This document shows positions 16,211-24,496 of a stretch of 35,852 nt of DNA, one piece after another. How positions within the stretch are numbered: position 1 is the first letter of the stretch; the number at the start of each line of letters is the position of its first letter. The notes below the pieces were generated by a model that was not told the origin of the DNA, ran no database searches, and saw only the letters and a program-made list of their open reading frames with translations. The position numbers and the translations under genes are program-made. Source of the stretch: Euryarchaeota archaeon UBA501 (lineage in GTDB: Archaea > Thermoplasmatota > Poseidoniia > Poseidoniales > Thalassarchaeaceae); assembly GCA_002505685.1 (NCBI GenBank), contig DAVT01000079.1, positions 1 to 35,852 of the forward strand, in the 5' to 3' direction.

Positions 16211-18436
16211 TCATACACTTTCAATGCCCATCAAGGTATCCGTCTTGCGACGGATGCTCTCAAGGCCACTGGTTAACATTGCTTCCAACTTTGAATAGTA
16301 CTCAATCATGTCAGGCGTGATGGTTGGACGCACGCGATCTATGGCCTGCTCGAAGTGTTTCTTTGATACAGATTTCTTCTCAGCCCGCATGGCAATCAGT
16401 GCAGCCTCTCGACACACCGCTTCGACATCGGCGCCGGTGAAATTCTGCATATTCTCTGCCAGACTATCCAAGTTGAATTTGCCCAATGGCATATCTTTAG
16501 CATGAATCTGGATGATTTTCCTTAGGCTTGCTTGGTCGGGTGGCGGAATGTGCATGACTCGCTCAAATCGACCACTCCTGAGTAAAGCGGGGTCAATCAT
16601 TTCTGGTCGGTTGGTTGCTGCAATCACAATGACGCCTTCCATCGATTCAATGCCATCCATGCTAGAGAGCATTTGATTTACCACACGGTTAGATACATCG
16701 CTACCTTCGCCTGAGTTTGAAGTTCTTGCGCCAGCAATTGACTCAAACTCATCTAGGAAAATGATACTTGGACTGGCTTGTTTTGCTTTCTTGAACACTT
16801 CTCTGATAGCTTTCTCGGATTCACCAACCCATTTGGAAATTAATTCAGGTCCTTTGACTGTGATAAAATTGGCCTTTGCTTCGTTGGCAATCGCTTTCGC
16901 AATTAGTGTCTTTCCAGTGCCTGGTGCTCCAAATAGTACAATTCCTCGAGGGGGTTTAATTCCAAAGTGTTCGAATCTATCAGGCATTGTCAGTGGCCAC
17001 TCAACACTCTCTTTGAGTCGTTCTTTCACTTCATCAAGACCACCAACATCAGCCCAAGAAACTTCAGGAACTTCAACATAAATTTCTCGAAGAGCACTTG
17101 GTTCAATATCTCTGATGGCCAGTTTGAAATCTCCCATTTGGACTTCCATCTTCTCGAGGACTTCAGGTGGGATTTCGTCTTGGTCTAAATCAATATCAGG
17201 AAGGTAACGACGCAGAGCTTTCATCGCTGCTTCTCGGGTTAGACTCATGATATCTGCCCCCACGAATCCATATGAATTTTCCAAAATCCAATCCATATCA
17301 AAATCATCCGAAATAGGCATACCTCGTGTGTGGATATTGACTATCTCTCGACGTCCATTCTTATCTGGTACACCAATCTCCAACTCACGGTCAAATCGCC
17401 CTGGTCGTCTCAACGCTTGGTCAATGGCATCGGGCCGATTTGTAGCTCCGATGACAACGACATTGTCTCGACCCTGCATTCCATCCATCAATGTCAATAG
17501 TTGAGCGACGACTCGTCGTTCAACTTCCCCGGAAACATCTTCACGCTTGGGTGCGATTGAATCCAACTCATCGACGAATATAATCGCAGGAGAATTTGAG
17601 GCAGCATCATCAAAAATTTCACGCAACTGTTTCTCGGATTCACCATAATACTTAGAGATAATTTCGGGACCGTTGATGCTGGTGAAATGTGCATTTGTTT
17701 CATTGGCAACAGCCTTCGCAATCATGGTCTTACCCGTTCCGGGGGGGCCGTGTAACAACACACCTTTCGGTGGATCGATTCCAAGTCTGCGGAAGAGAAT
17801 AGGGTGCTTCAATGGCAATTCTATCATTTCACGAACCTTGAGAAGTTGGTCCCCCAACCCCCCAATATCTTCGTACATTATCGAAGAAACCTCTCCGGGT
17901 TCTTCATCCTCAACCATTTCTTCCTTGATGACGATTTCAGTGTCGGGCAGAACTCGAACAATGCCTTTGGGTTTGGTAGAGACAATCGCGAAGGGTAATG
18001 CTTCAGCAAATAGAGTCATTCCGGGGATAAATATGCGGTCACCAGCGACAACTGGTCGCTTGTTGAGACCTCGACGTGCGAATCCCTCAATTCCTGAACC
18101 AAACTTCACCTTCTGCTGCTTGGCCATAACTGGACTTAGAACGAGTCTTTCGCACTCCTTAGTTTCGACTTTTTTGATGGTAACACGGTCACCCAAACTA
18201 ACGCCCGCATTCTTGCGAATGATACCGTCGATTCGAATGACTCCAAGGTTCGCGTCTTCGGGTCTGCATCTCCATACGATGGCCGCGGTATTACGCTCCC
18301 CTGCAATTTCGATAACATCCCCGGGTTTTAGCCCCAAATCGTTGTCAAAGGGCACTCTTGCTCGGCCGTGACCCACATCACTTGGGATTGCTTTCGCTAC
18401 ACGTAGGGATAGTGTCTTGTCTTCTTCATCAGCCAT
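16211..18436 (-). CDS. cdc48: Cdc48/VAT/p97-type AAA+ ATPase (N domain + D1 + D2)
   Basis: 741 aa. N domain [18 protein letters not shown]...GDVIEIAG. D1 has Walker A GPPGTGKT and Walker [10 protein letters not shown]2 has Walker A GAPGTGKT and Walker [19 protein letters not shown] lies upstream of the ATG. Confidence 0.95.
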   Translation of the reverse strand: MADEEDKTLSLRVAKAIPSDVGHGRARVPFDNDLGLKPGDVIEIAGERNTAAIVWRCRPEDANLGVIRIDGIIRKNAGVSLGDRVTIKKVETKECERLVLSPVMAKQQKVKFGSGIEGFARRGLNKRPVVAGDRIFIPGMTLFAEALPFAIVSTKPKGIVRVLPDTEIVIKEEMVEDEEPGEVSSIMYEDIGGLGDQLLKVREMIELPLKHPILFRRLGIDPPKGVLLHGPPGTGKTMIAKAVANETNAHFTSINGPEIISKYYGESEKQLREIFDDAASNSPAIIFVDELDSIAPKREDVSGEVERRVVAQLLTLMDGMQGRDNVVVIGATNRPDAIDQALRRPGRFDRELEIGVPDKNGRREIVNIHTRGMPISDDFDMDWILENSYGFVGADIMSLTREAAMKALRRYLPDIDLDQDEIPPEVLEKMEVQMGDFKLAIRDIEPSALREIYVEVPEVSWADVGGLDEVKERLKESVEWPLTMPDRFEHFGIKPPRGIVLFGAPGTGKTLIAKAIANEAKANFITVKGPELISKWVGESEKAIREVFKKAKQASPSIIFLDEFESIAGARTSNSGEGSDVSNRVVNQMLSSMDGIESMEGVIVIAATNRPEMIDPALLRSGRFERVMHIPPPDQASLRKIIQIHAKDMPLGKFNLDSLAENMQNFTGADVEAVCREAALIAMRAEKKSVSKKHFEQAIDRVRPTITPDMIEYYSKLEAMLTSGLESIRRKTDTLMGIESV

Positions 18437-18579
18437 GTCATCGCCTCCAGAGCAAGGGGTGCATTCCCTTCCCCTCCTAAAACCTGTTCAATTCTAATTC
18501 TGGTTGGACCGCAGTCTGGGAGGTTCTGTTCAACCGCCGAGAGGCGAGCATTGATGATGGGGGTGTCACTCGACGGGAT

Positions 18580-20208
18580 ATGGCGCACGTGCTCTCAACA
18601 GGTCTAGAATTCCTTGACCAAAGCAATCCAAATGGCAACCCTTGTGTGAAGGGATACAACATCATCAATGGCGAACTAAAATTGGCCAGCGATGGTTCTA
18701 CCTTCAAATCGATGAACCCCGCTTGGTTGGACGACTGTTTGGGTGAATTCCCTCTGTCGACTGAAGCCGATGTTCACGAAGCGCTGAAGGCAGCCAAAGA
18801 GGCGTTCCCGGGTTGGGCCGCTACTCCTGCTCCAACCCGCGGACAAATCATCGGAAATATGGGTCGCCTACTCATGGAACACAAGGATGACTTGGTTCGA
18901 TTACAAGCACGCGAAATCGGAAAGACATTGAAAGAATGTGGTGGCGAAATTCAAGAGGCCGTTGACACCTGTTTGTTCTTCCAATCTGAAGGACGACGTC
19001 TGTACGGACAAACGGTGAATTCCGAATTACCCGACAAGGAACTGTTCACCTATCGTAGGCCACTGGGTGTTTGTGGAATCATTAACGCTTGCAACTTCCC
19101 ATCGGCAGTTCCATTCTGGAAAATGATTCCAGCAATCATGTGTGGGAATACCTGTGTGTGGAAATCACCCCAAGATTCACCACTATTGTCGTTTGCTCTA
19201 GCGCGAATAATGCATGAGTCAGGGTTACCAAATGGTGTCATCAACCTCGTTCATGGCAAAGGTAGTGGTGCAGGGCAACACTTGGTCAATGCTGTAGACA
19301 AGGGAATGGTCAACAAGATTTCATTCACTGGCAGCACCGCCGTCGGAAAAATGATCGGCGAAGTTTGTGGACGCAATCTGGTCTCCGCAAGTCTAGAACT
19401 GGGCGGGAAGAATCCATTGGTTATCATGCCCAGCGCAAACCTCGACAATGCGGTTGAAGGTGCCTATTGGGCAGGATTTGGAACTGCTGGACAGCGATGT
19501 ACAAGCCTAGGAAATCTAATCATTCACGAGGACATTTATGATGAATTCATGACCAAATTGATGACCAAGGTTGAGAGTACTACAATTGGGGATTCATTGC
19601 GAAATGATGGCGTTCTTTACGGTTCTATGCTATCTGAAAAATATGCTGAGGATTTCCTTGAAGGCGTCGAAATGTGCGTCTCAAGTGGTGCCACTAAGAT
19701 ATTCGGAGAAGGCCGTATTTCCAATGACAACAAACCGTCAGGATTCCTAGGCAATCCCTCCGAGGGTGTATACATGTGGCCCCACGTTTTCGTTGATGTC
19801 ACCGAAGATATGCAATGCTTCCATGAAGAAATATTTGGGCCCGCAATTACTGTCGTGAAGGCCAAAGATTTCGACCATGCACTACACCTAGCAAACGCCT
19901 CACCCTATGGATTATCCAGTGCAATATACACAAATGATCGCCTCGAGGCCTATCGGTTCAAGACAGGTATCAAAGCTGGAATGACTGGCATCAACAATTC
20001 AACTACAGGTGCAGAAGCACATCTGCCATTTGGTGGTGTAAAAGGATCGGGCAATGGAACTAGAGAATCAGGAATTTGGGTCATTGAAGCCTATTCATAT
20101 TGGCATGCTGTAAATGATGAATTGAGCGGAAAATTACAGTTAGCACAAATGGACGTCGATGAAATTGAAATCGAAGAAGCTGAAGTTGATTGGGGATCCT
20201 TGGCCTGA
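18580..20208 (+). CDS. NAD(P)-dependent aldehyde dehydrogenase family protein
   Basis: 542 aa. Catalytic Glu context SLELGGKNP, catalytic Cys context FGTAGQRCTS, and a GSTAVG cofactor motif. Substrate cannot be assigned from sequence alone. Confidence 0.9.
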   Translation: MAHVLSTGLEFLDQSNPNGNPCVKGYNIINGELKLASDGSTFKSMNPAWLDDCLGEFPLSTEADVHEALKAAKEAFPGWAATPAPTRGQIIGNMGRLLMEHKDDLVRLQAREIGKTLKECGGEIQEAVDTCLFFQSEGRRLYGQTVNSELPDKELFTYRRPLGVCGIINACNFPSAVPFWKMIPAIMCGNTCVWKSPQDSPLLSFALARIMHESGLPNGVINLVHGKGSGAGQHLVNAVDKGMVNKISFTGSTAVGKMIGEVCGRNLVSASLELGGKNPLVIMPSANLDNAVEGAYWAGFGTAGQRCTSLGNLIIHEDIYDEFMTKLMTKVESTTIGDSLRNDGVLYGSMLSEKYAEDFLEGVEMCVSSGATKIFGEGRISNDNKPSGFLGNPSEGVYMWPHVFVDVTEDMQCFHEEIFGPAITVVKAKDFDHALHLANASPYGLSSAIYTNDRLEAYRFKTGIKAGMTGINNSTTGAEAHLPFGGVKGSGNGTRESGIWVIEAYSYWHAVNDELSGKLQLAQMDVDEIEIEEAEVDWGSLA

Positions 20209-20219
20209 GGGAATAAGCA

Positions 20220-20774
20220 ATGGAGATTACGCGTGAAGCACTTCGGCTTGCCCTGTACATCACCGGGCCCTTGGTTTTAGCATCATACGTGTTCGGAATT
20301 TCACGAATGGAGAGCCCGATGGATTTGTGGGGTGGCATTCCTGAATCATGGCGTACACTCAATGTAACATGTATGTTCGTTTCAGCAACTGGTTTTCTCA
20401 TCATGTGGTGGTTTTTCCTGTATCGATGGGACGCTGCAGTCGTAGAAACAGTTCAGTGGCCATGGGGCGAAGGGGATAGCGGTGGTCATTCAAGACTGAT
20501 GCTTGCATTCTTGTTAGTCACAATCCCCTCAATGTTTTGGTTAGAATTGACTGCCCTCCACATTCGTATCGATGAAAGTTGGAGCCAATGGCTTGTGATT
20601 GGATGTTTGTGGCTGGTTTGTCTAGGCAACATTTTGCTTGGTTTATTTGCTTGGGGTGCATACAAACAAGAAGTCTCTTCCGATACGATTTGGCCAGTGG
20701 TCGGAGCCACTATGTTGGGTATTCAAGTGATCATCAATGATGGTATATTGTGGAATTTGAAGTATCCATGGTGA
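20220..20774 (+). CDS. Integral membrane protein (about 5 TM), unknown function
   Basis: 184-aa ORF starting 11 nt after the ALDH stop. W-rich hydrophobic helices (FLIMWWFFLY, LMLAFLLVTIPSMFWL, LVIGCLWLVCLGNILLGLFAW). Confidence 0.6.
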   Translation: MEITREALRLALYITGPLVLASYVFGISRMESPMDLWGGIPESWRTLNVTCMFVSATGFLIMWWFFLYRWDAAVVETVQWPWGEGDSGGHSRLMLAFLLVTIPSMFWLELTALHIRIDESWSQWLVIGCLWLVCLGNILLGLFAWGAYKQEVSSDTIWPVVGATMLGIQVIINDGILWNLKYPW

Positions 20775-20833
20775 AAGCACCTCAAAATTTTGCCAGATTA
20801 TGTGTTATAAGCCCCCTACGCGTGCGCACCAAC

Positions 20834-21346
20834 ATGAGTGGACAACTCAGTGATGATGGCAATTTTATGTGGAACGGAAATGAATGGGTTCCAGTCGAAC
20901 AAGCACCTGCACCAGTGGCAGCAACACCAGCAATGGCCGAGCCCGTAGCAGCAGCACCAGCAATGGCCGAACCAGTTGCAGCAGCGCCTGCCATGGCCGA
21001 GCCCGTAGCAGCAGCACCAGCAATGGCAGCATCTGGTGGAGATTGGCGAATTTTGATGGCCGAGAGTGGTTTGCAGATGTTCTTCATCAAGATTGGTTGT
21101 TTCTTGGTGAACTGTGTCACACTTTTCTTGGCAGTACCATGGACGACTACAATGTACTACACCAACTGGACAGAGCGAGTTGTACTTGGTGGTAGAAAAT
21201 TGAGGTTTACTGGAAGCGCTGGGGGATTTTTCATGGTCTGGCTCAAAACATTGGGACTTAGCATGATTACTCTCTCAATCTATTATTGGATTTGGGGTAG
21301 AAAGAACGTCGCTCGTTGGGTAGATTCAAACATCCAATGGGCATGA
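20834..21346 (+). CDS. Membrane protein with a small N-terminal W-x-G-x-x-W module, a tandem PAMAEPVAAA linker and a C-terminal 2-TM module (DUF898/YjgN-like unit?)
   Basis: I prefer ATG 20834 (MSGQLSDDGNFMWNGNEWVPVEQ), because the track start at 20750 overlaps the previous gene. TM helices FFIKIGCFLVNCVTLFLAV and FFMVWLKTLGLSMITLSIYYWIW. The DUF898 resemblance is a weak recollection. Confidence 0.55.
   Translation: MSGQLSDDGNFMWNGNEWVPVEQAPAPVAATPAMAEPVAAAPAMAEPVAAAPAMAEPVAAAPAMAASGGDWRILMAESGLQMFFIKIGCFLVNCVTLFLAVPWTTTMYYTNWTERVVLGGRKLRFTGSAGGFFMVWLKTLGLSMITLSIYYWIWGRKNVARWVDSNIQWA
20927..21030 (+). repeat. In-frame 30-bp tandem repeat, about 3.4 copies (ccagcaatggccgagcccgtagcagcagca)
   Basis: Read directly. 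Units lie at 20927-20956, 20957-20986 and 20987-21016, plus a partial fourth. Units 1 and 3 differ at only 2 positions. The repeat encodes (PAMAEPVAAA)n. Confidence 0.9.
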
Positions 21347-21396
21347 ACGAATTGACCCTTGGAATTTGAGCGCCCCGGCGGATGCACCTAGTTGCA

Positions 21397-22794
21397 TCAT
21401 GTTCTCCATTTGCCCAGTGCATCGCGGAGAGCATCTTCAGCCACTTGGTGCTCAAATCGATATCCAGTTTGCATTAACCTTGTTGGAATAACCCGTTGAC
21501 TTTCCGTTGTCAAAGCAACACCCATTTTTCCGTACAGGAACCAAATTGCGAAAGGAGGAGTGGGCATGAATGCAGGACGCCGGAGAACCCTGCCCAGGGC
21601 TTTGGCAAATGATTTCTGTTGCAATGGATCGGGTGAGGTGAGGTTGTATGCCCCTTCAGTGTCTGTTGACATCATAAGGTGATGTAATGCATAGATTTGA
21701 TCATCCATGGAAATCCAAGAAAACCATTGTCGACCAAAACCGATAGGGCCTCCTGCCCCCATTTTTGCTGGAAGTAGCATTTTCTGCAATGCTCCTCCAC
21801 AGGCATCGAGCACCACTCCTGTACGCGCATGAATGGTACGAATTCCAGCCTCTCGAGCGGGATTGGCAGCCGCTTCCCAAGCGAGGCAGGTTTGTGGAAG
21901 GAAACCAGTACCAGCCTCACTATCTTCATCGAGGATTTCATCCCCCCGGTCTCCATACCAACCAATCGCGCTGGAGATTAGAAACACGTCAGGTTTCAGT
22001 TTCAATCCAGCCAAAGAACGGGCGAGTAAATCCGTGCTTTCTGTACGACTTTTTTCGATGAGAATTTTTCTCGATTTTGTCCAACGACGATCTCCAATTC
22101 CTGCACCCCCTAGGTGAATGACGATATCAAAACCTTCCAATGATGAGATGTCTATTTCCTTAGAACTAGGATCCCATTGGATTTCGTTGCAATTTTCTTT
22201 TGGTGTTCGACGAACCAAACGCCAAACCTCGTGTCCACCCGTATCAAGGAATGCTACCAATTGTCGTCCAATCAGTCCGGATGAGCCGGCCACAAGGATT
22301 CGTTTTCGAGGTAGGTGGCGGAAATCAGAGTGTCGTTGCATATCTCGAATCAATCGCAATTCTCTGGCCCGGAACATTCTGTCCAGTCGGTTCCGCACAT
22401 TTCTAGAACCAAACATTCGACCGAGAAAACCCATTGGTAATTCATATTCTACTTCTTCCTGTACAATGGTAGTTTCACCATTCTCAATGAATCGATGTAC
22501 ATGATGCCATGAGCGAAAAGGACCTTTCCGCATGAAATCTTCGAACTTTTCAGGAGGTTCATATCCGACATGTTCCGCGACCCAAGTCATCTTCAATGGA
22601 CCCAAAGGAAATCTGAACACGCGTTGTGCCCCATCTTCTAGAGTTTCATCTGAGCGTACTTCTTCGGCTATTTCCCAAGGGGGCATCAACCTCCTAAAGG
22701 AGCCACGACGCTCAAACCAATCAAACACTACTTTTTGATCAGCTTCGACGGTGGTTTGATACTCAAATCGCATGTATTTGTCCCCTATCATCAA
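21397..22794 (-). CDS. SRPBCC (START/polyketide-cyclase-like) domain fused to a YfcH/TIGR01777-type SDR epimerase-like domain with a DUF1731-like C-terminus
   Basis: 465 aa. The N-terminal ~150 aa are SRPBCC-like (FEYQTTVEADQKVVFDWF...WHHVHRF). Then a Rossmann motif ILVAGSSGLIGRQLVAFL, and the C-terminus LLPAKMGAGGPIGFGRQWFSWISMDD...GYRFEH is typical of YfcH-like proteins. The start is probably ATG 22791 or 22773. Confidence 0.82.
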   Translation of the reverse strand: MMIGDKYMRFEYQTTVEADQKVVFDWFERRGSFRRLMPPWEIAEEVRSDETLEDGAQRVFRFPLGPLKMTWVAEHVGYEPPEKFEDFMRKGPFRSWHHVHRFIENGETTIVQEEVEYELPMGFLGRMFGSRNVRNRLDRMFRARELRLIRDMQRHSDFRHLPRKRILVAGSSGLIGRQLVAFLDTGGHEVWRLVRRTPKENCNEIQWDPSSKEIDISSLEGFDIVIHLGGAGIGDRRWTKSRKILIEKSRTESTDLLARSLAGLKLKPDVFLISSAIGWYGDRGDEILDEDSEAGTGFLPQTCLAWEAAANPAREAGIRTIHARTGVVLDACGGALQKMLLPAKMGAGGPIGFGRQWFSWISMDDQIYALHHLMMSTDTEGAYNLTSPDPLQQKSFAKALGRVLRRPAFMPTPPFAIWFLYGKMGVALTTESQRVIPTRLMQTGYRFEHQVAEDALRDALGKWRT

Positions 22795-22894
22795 AAGTAC
22801 TCAGTACTCTATACGGGGCGAATAAAATGTACCTATTATTCTAACTCCCTGAATACACCACATGTCCCCGGAAATTTAGTACGGAAATCTCATA

Positions 22895-24496
22895 ATGCGG
22901 GGGGCTACGGATTGCAACTGTATGGGGGGCGAGTCGACCTCGGATGTTCTGATTGTTGGGGCTGGCCCCGGCGGGCTTACTGCAGCAATGATGCTTGCAA
23001 AGGCAGGCGTGGGTGTGACGATTATTGAGAAATCAGATGGAGTCGGTGGCCGTACACGAGTTTTTGAGAAAGATGGTTACAAATTCGATAATGGGCCCAC
23101 ATTCTTCCACTATCCTGAGATTTCTGAGGAGATTTTTCAATCACTGGGAAGGGATGCTCATGAAGAATTGAATCTTATTCCACTAGAACCAAATTACCGT
23201 CTTGTATTCGGTTCAGGTGGAAGTTTGAACGTCACTTCGGACCTTGACAGTATGACTGAACAAATACGTGAATTGTGTGGAGACAAAAATGCGGATGGTT
23301 TTCAGGTATACATGGATGACAATCGTAGAAAATTGCAATTCTCTAGAAACTGCTTGAATTCACCATGGAAAGGTGCATCTGATCTCATCAGTCGTAGAGC
23401 ACTCCGTGTATCTCGAGTTCTACGGCCATGGCGTAGCGTGTCATCAGACTTGTCGAAGATATTCCCTGACAAGCGAATGCAAGTTGCCATGTCTTTTCAG
23501 ACCAAATATCTAGGGATGAGTCCTTTCCAAGCTCCGAGTTTGTTCACAATTCTTGCCTATCTAGAGTATGAGTATGGTGTATTCCATGCCAAGGGAGGGC
23601 TGGGTACGATTACCGAGCGCATGGCTGAAATTGCTCAAGAAATGGGTGTTGAGATTCGTTTGAATGAACCAGTTGAAGAATTCCTCTTTGAAGGGAAAAC
23701 GGTGGTAGGCGTGAAGACCAATCAAGGGACCTATCACGCAGATAGATACGTCATGAACGTCGACTTCGCGACAGGGATGAAGGGATTGATTCCCGACAAA
23801 TTGCGTAAGCGATGGTCGAATAAAAAACTCGACAAGAAATCATACTCATGCTCGACATTCATGTTGTATCTTGGTATTGACAAGTTGTATGATTTACCGC
23901 ATCACCAAATTTACGCCGCCAAGGATTACGAAGAAAATCTGCGCGAAATATCCAACAACGAGGTATCTTGGAACGACCCGTCGGTCTATGTTCAAAATGC
24001 CTGTATTACTGACCCATCAATGGCACCTGAGGGTCATTCAACAGTCTACGTATTGGTGCCTGTCAGCAACCAGCATCCAAGTATTCAATGGGATGAAATT
24101 AAGCATCAATATCGCGATGTTATAATCAAGCAAATGGAACATTTGGGCTATGAGAATTTGGAGAAGCACATCGTATCGGAAACCATTGTAACACCTGATG
24201 ATTGGGCATCACGAGATATCTTCAAAGGTGCAGTATTCAACCTCGCCCATGGTCTTGATCAGATGTTATGGCGGCGACCCCAAAATCGCTTTGAAGAATT
24301 GAAGCGATTGTATCTGGTTGGAGGGGGTACGCATCCAGGAAGTGGTTTGCCAACAATTCTTGAAAGTGGGCGCATCACTGCGAAACTCATCTGTGCGGAT
24401 ATGGGTATCATTCCCGATTGGGAGGGCCAAGAGACATGGTTCTCAGATTGGCCGAAGCCCAAGGAGATCCGTAAACTTGAATCTCAGTCCCACTGA
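22895..24496 (+). CDS. Phytoene desaturase-family (CrtI-like) FAD-dependent oxidoreductase
   Basis: Dinucleotide fold DVLIVGAGPGGLTAAMMLAKAG...EKSDGVGGR, then FDNGPTFF, and a C-terminal LYLVGGGTHPGSGLPTILESG. The alternative start is ATG 22922. The exact substrate (CrtI, CrtD or other) is not assignable. Confidence 0.82.
   Translation: MRGATDCNCMGGESTSDVLIVGAGPGGLTAAMMLAKAGVGVTIIEKSDGVGGRTRVFEKDGYKFDNGPTFFHYPEISEEIFQSLGRDAHEELNLIPLEPNYRLVFGSGGSLNVTSDLDSMTEQIRELCGDKNADGFQVYMDDNRRKLQFSRNCLNSPWKGASDLISRRALRVSRVLRPWRSVSSDLSKIFPDKRMQVAMSFQTKYLGMSPFQAPSLFTILAYLEYEYGVFHAKGGLGTITERMAEIAQEMGVEIRLNEPVEEFLFEGKTVVGVKTNQGTYHADRYVMNVDFATGMKGLIPDKLRKRWSNKKLDKKSYSCSTFMLYLGIDKLYDLPHHQIYAAKDYEENLREISNNEVSWNDPSVYVQNACITDPSMAPEGHSTVYVLVPVSNQHPSIQWDEIKHQYRDVIIKQMEHLGYENLEKHIVSETIVTPDDWASRDIFKGAVFNLAHGLDQMLWRRPQNRFEELKRLYLVGGGTHPGSGLPTILESGRITAKLICADMGIIPDWEGQETWFSDWPKPKEIRKLESQSH

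Noticed and set aside
17673-18371. 232-aa plus-strand ORF (also 16761-17081, 17247-17504 and others) inside the cdc48 locus
   Set aside because: It is antisense to an unambiguous Cdc48 gene with intact Walker motifs. The translated sequence is low-complexity (S/P/R/T-rich) with no recognisable motif, which is typical of a shadow ORF.
16211-18436. Idea that the AAA+ gene upstream of the DUF58 run is the missing MoxR
   Set aside because: It has a Cdc48-type N domain and two full AAA modules (741 aa), whereas MoxR is a single-ring ATPase of about 300-350 aa. A functional link remains only a hypothesis.
20927-21030. Possible CRISPR-like array (30-bp repeats)
   Set aside because: The repeats are directly tandem with no spacers, are in-frame within a CDS, and no cas genes are present.
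20782-21195. Alternative-frame ORFs (20782-21120 minus, 20884-21195 plus) across the 30-bp tandem repeat
   Set aside because: These are open only because the GC-rich repeat lacks stops in several frames. Only the chosen frame continues into convincing TM helices.
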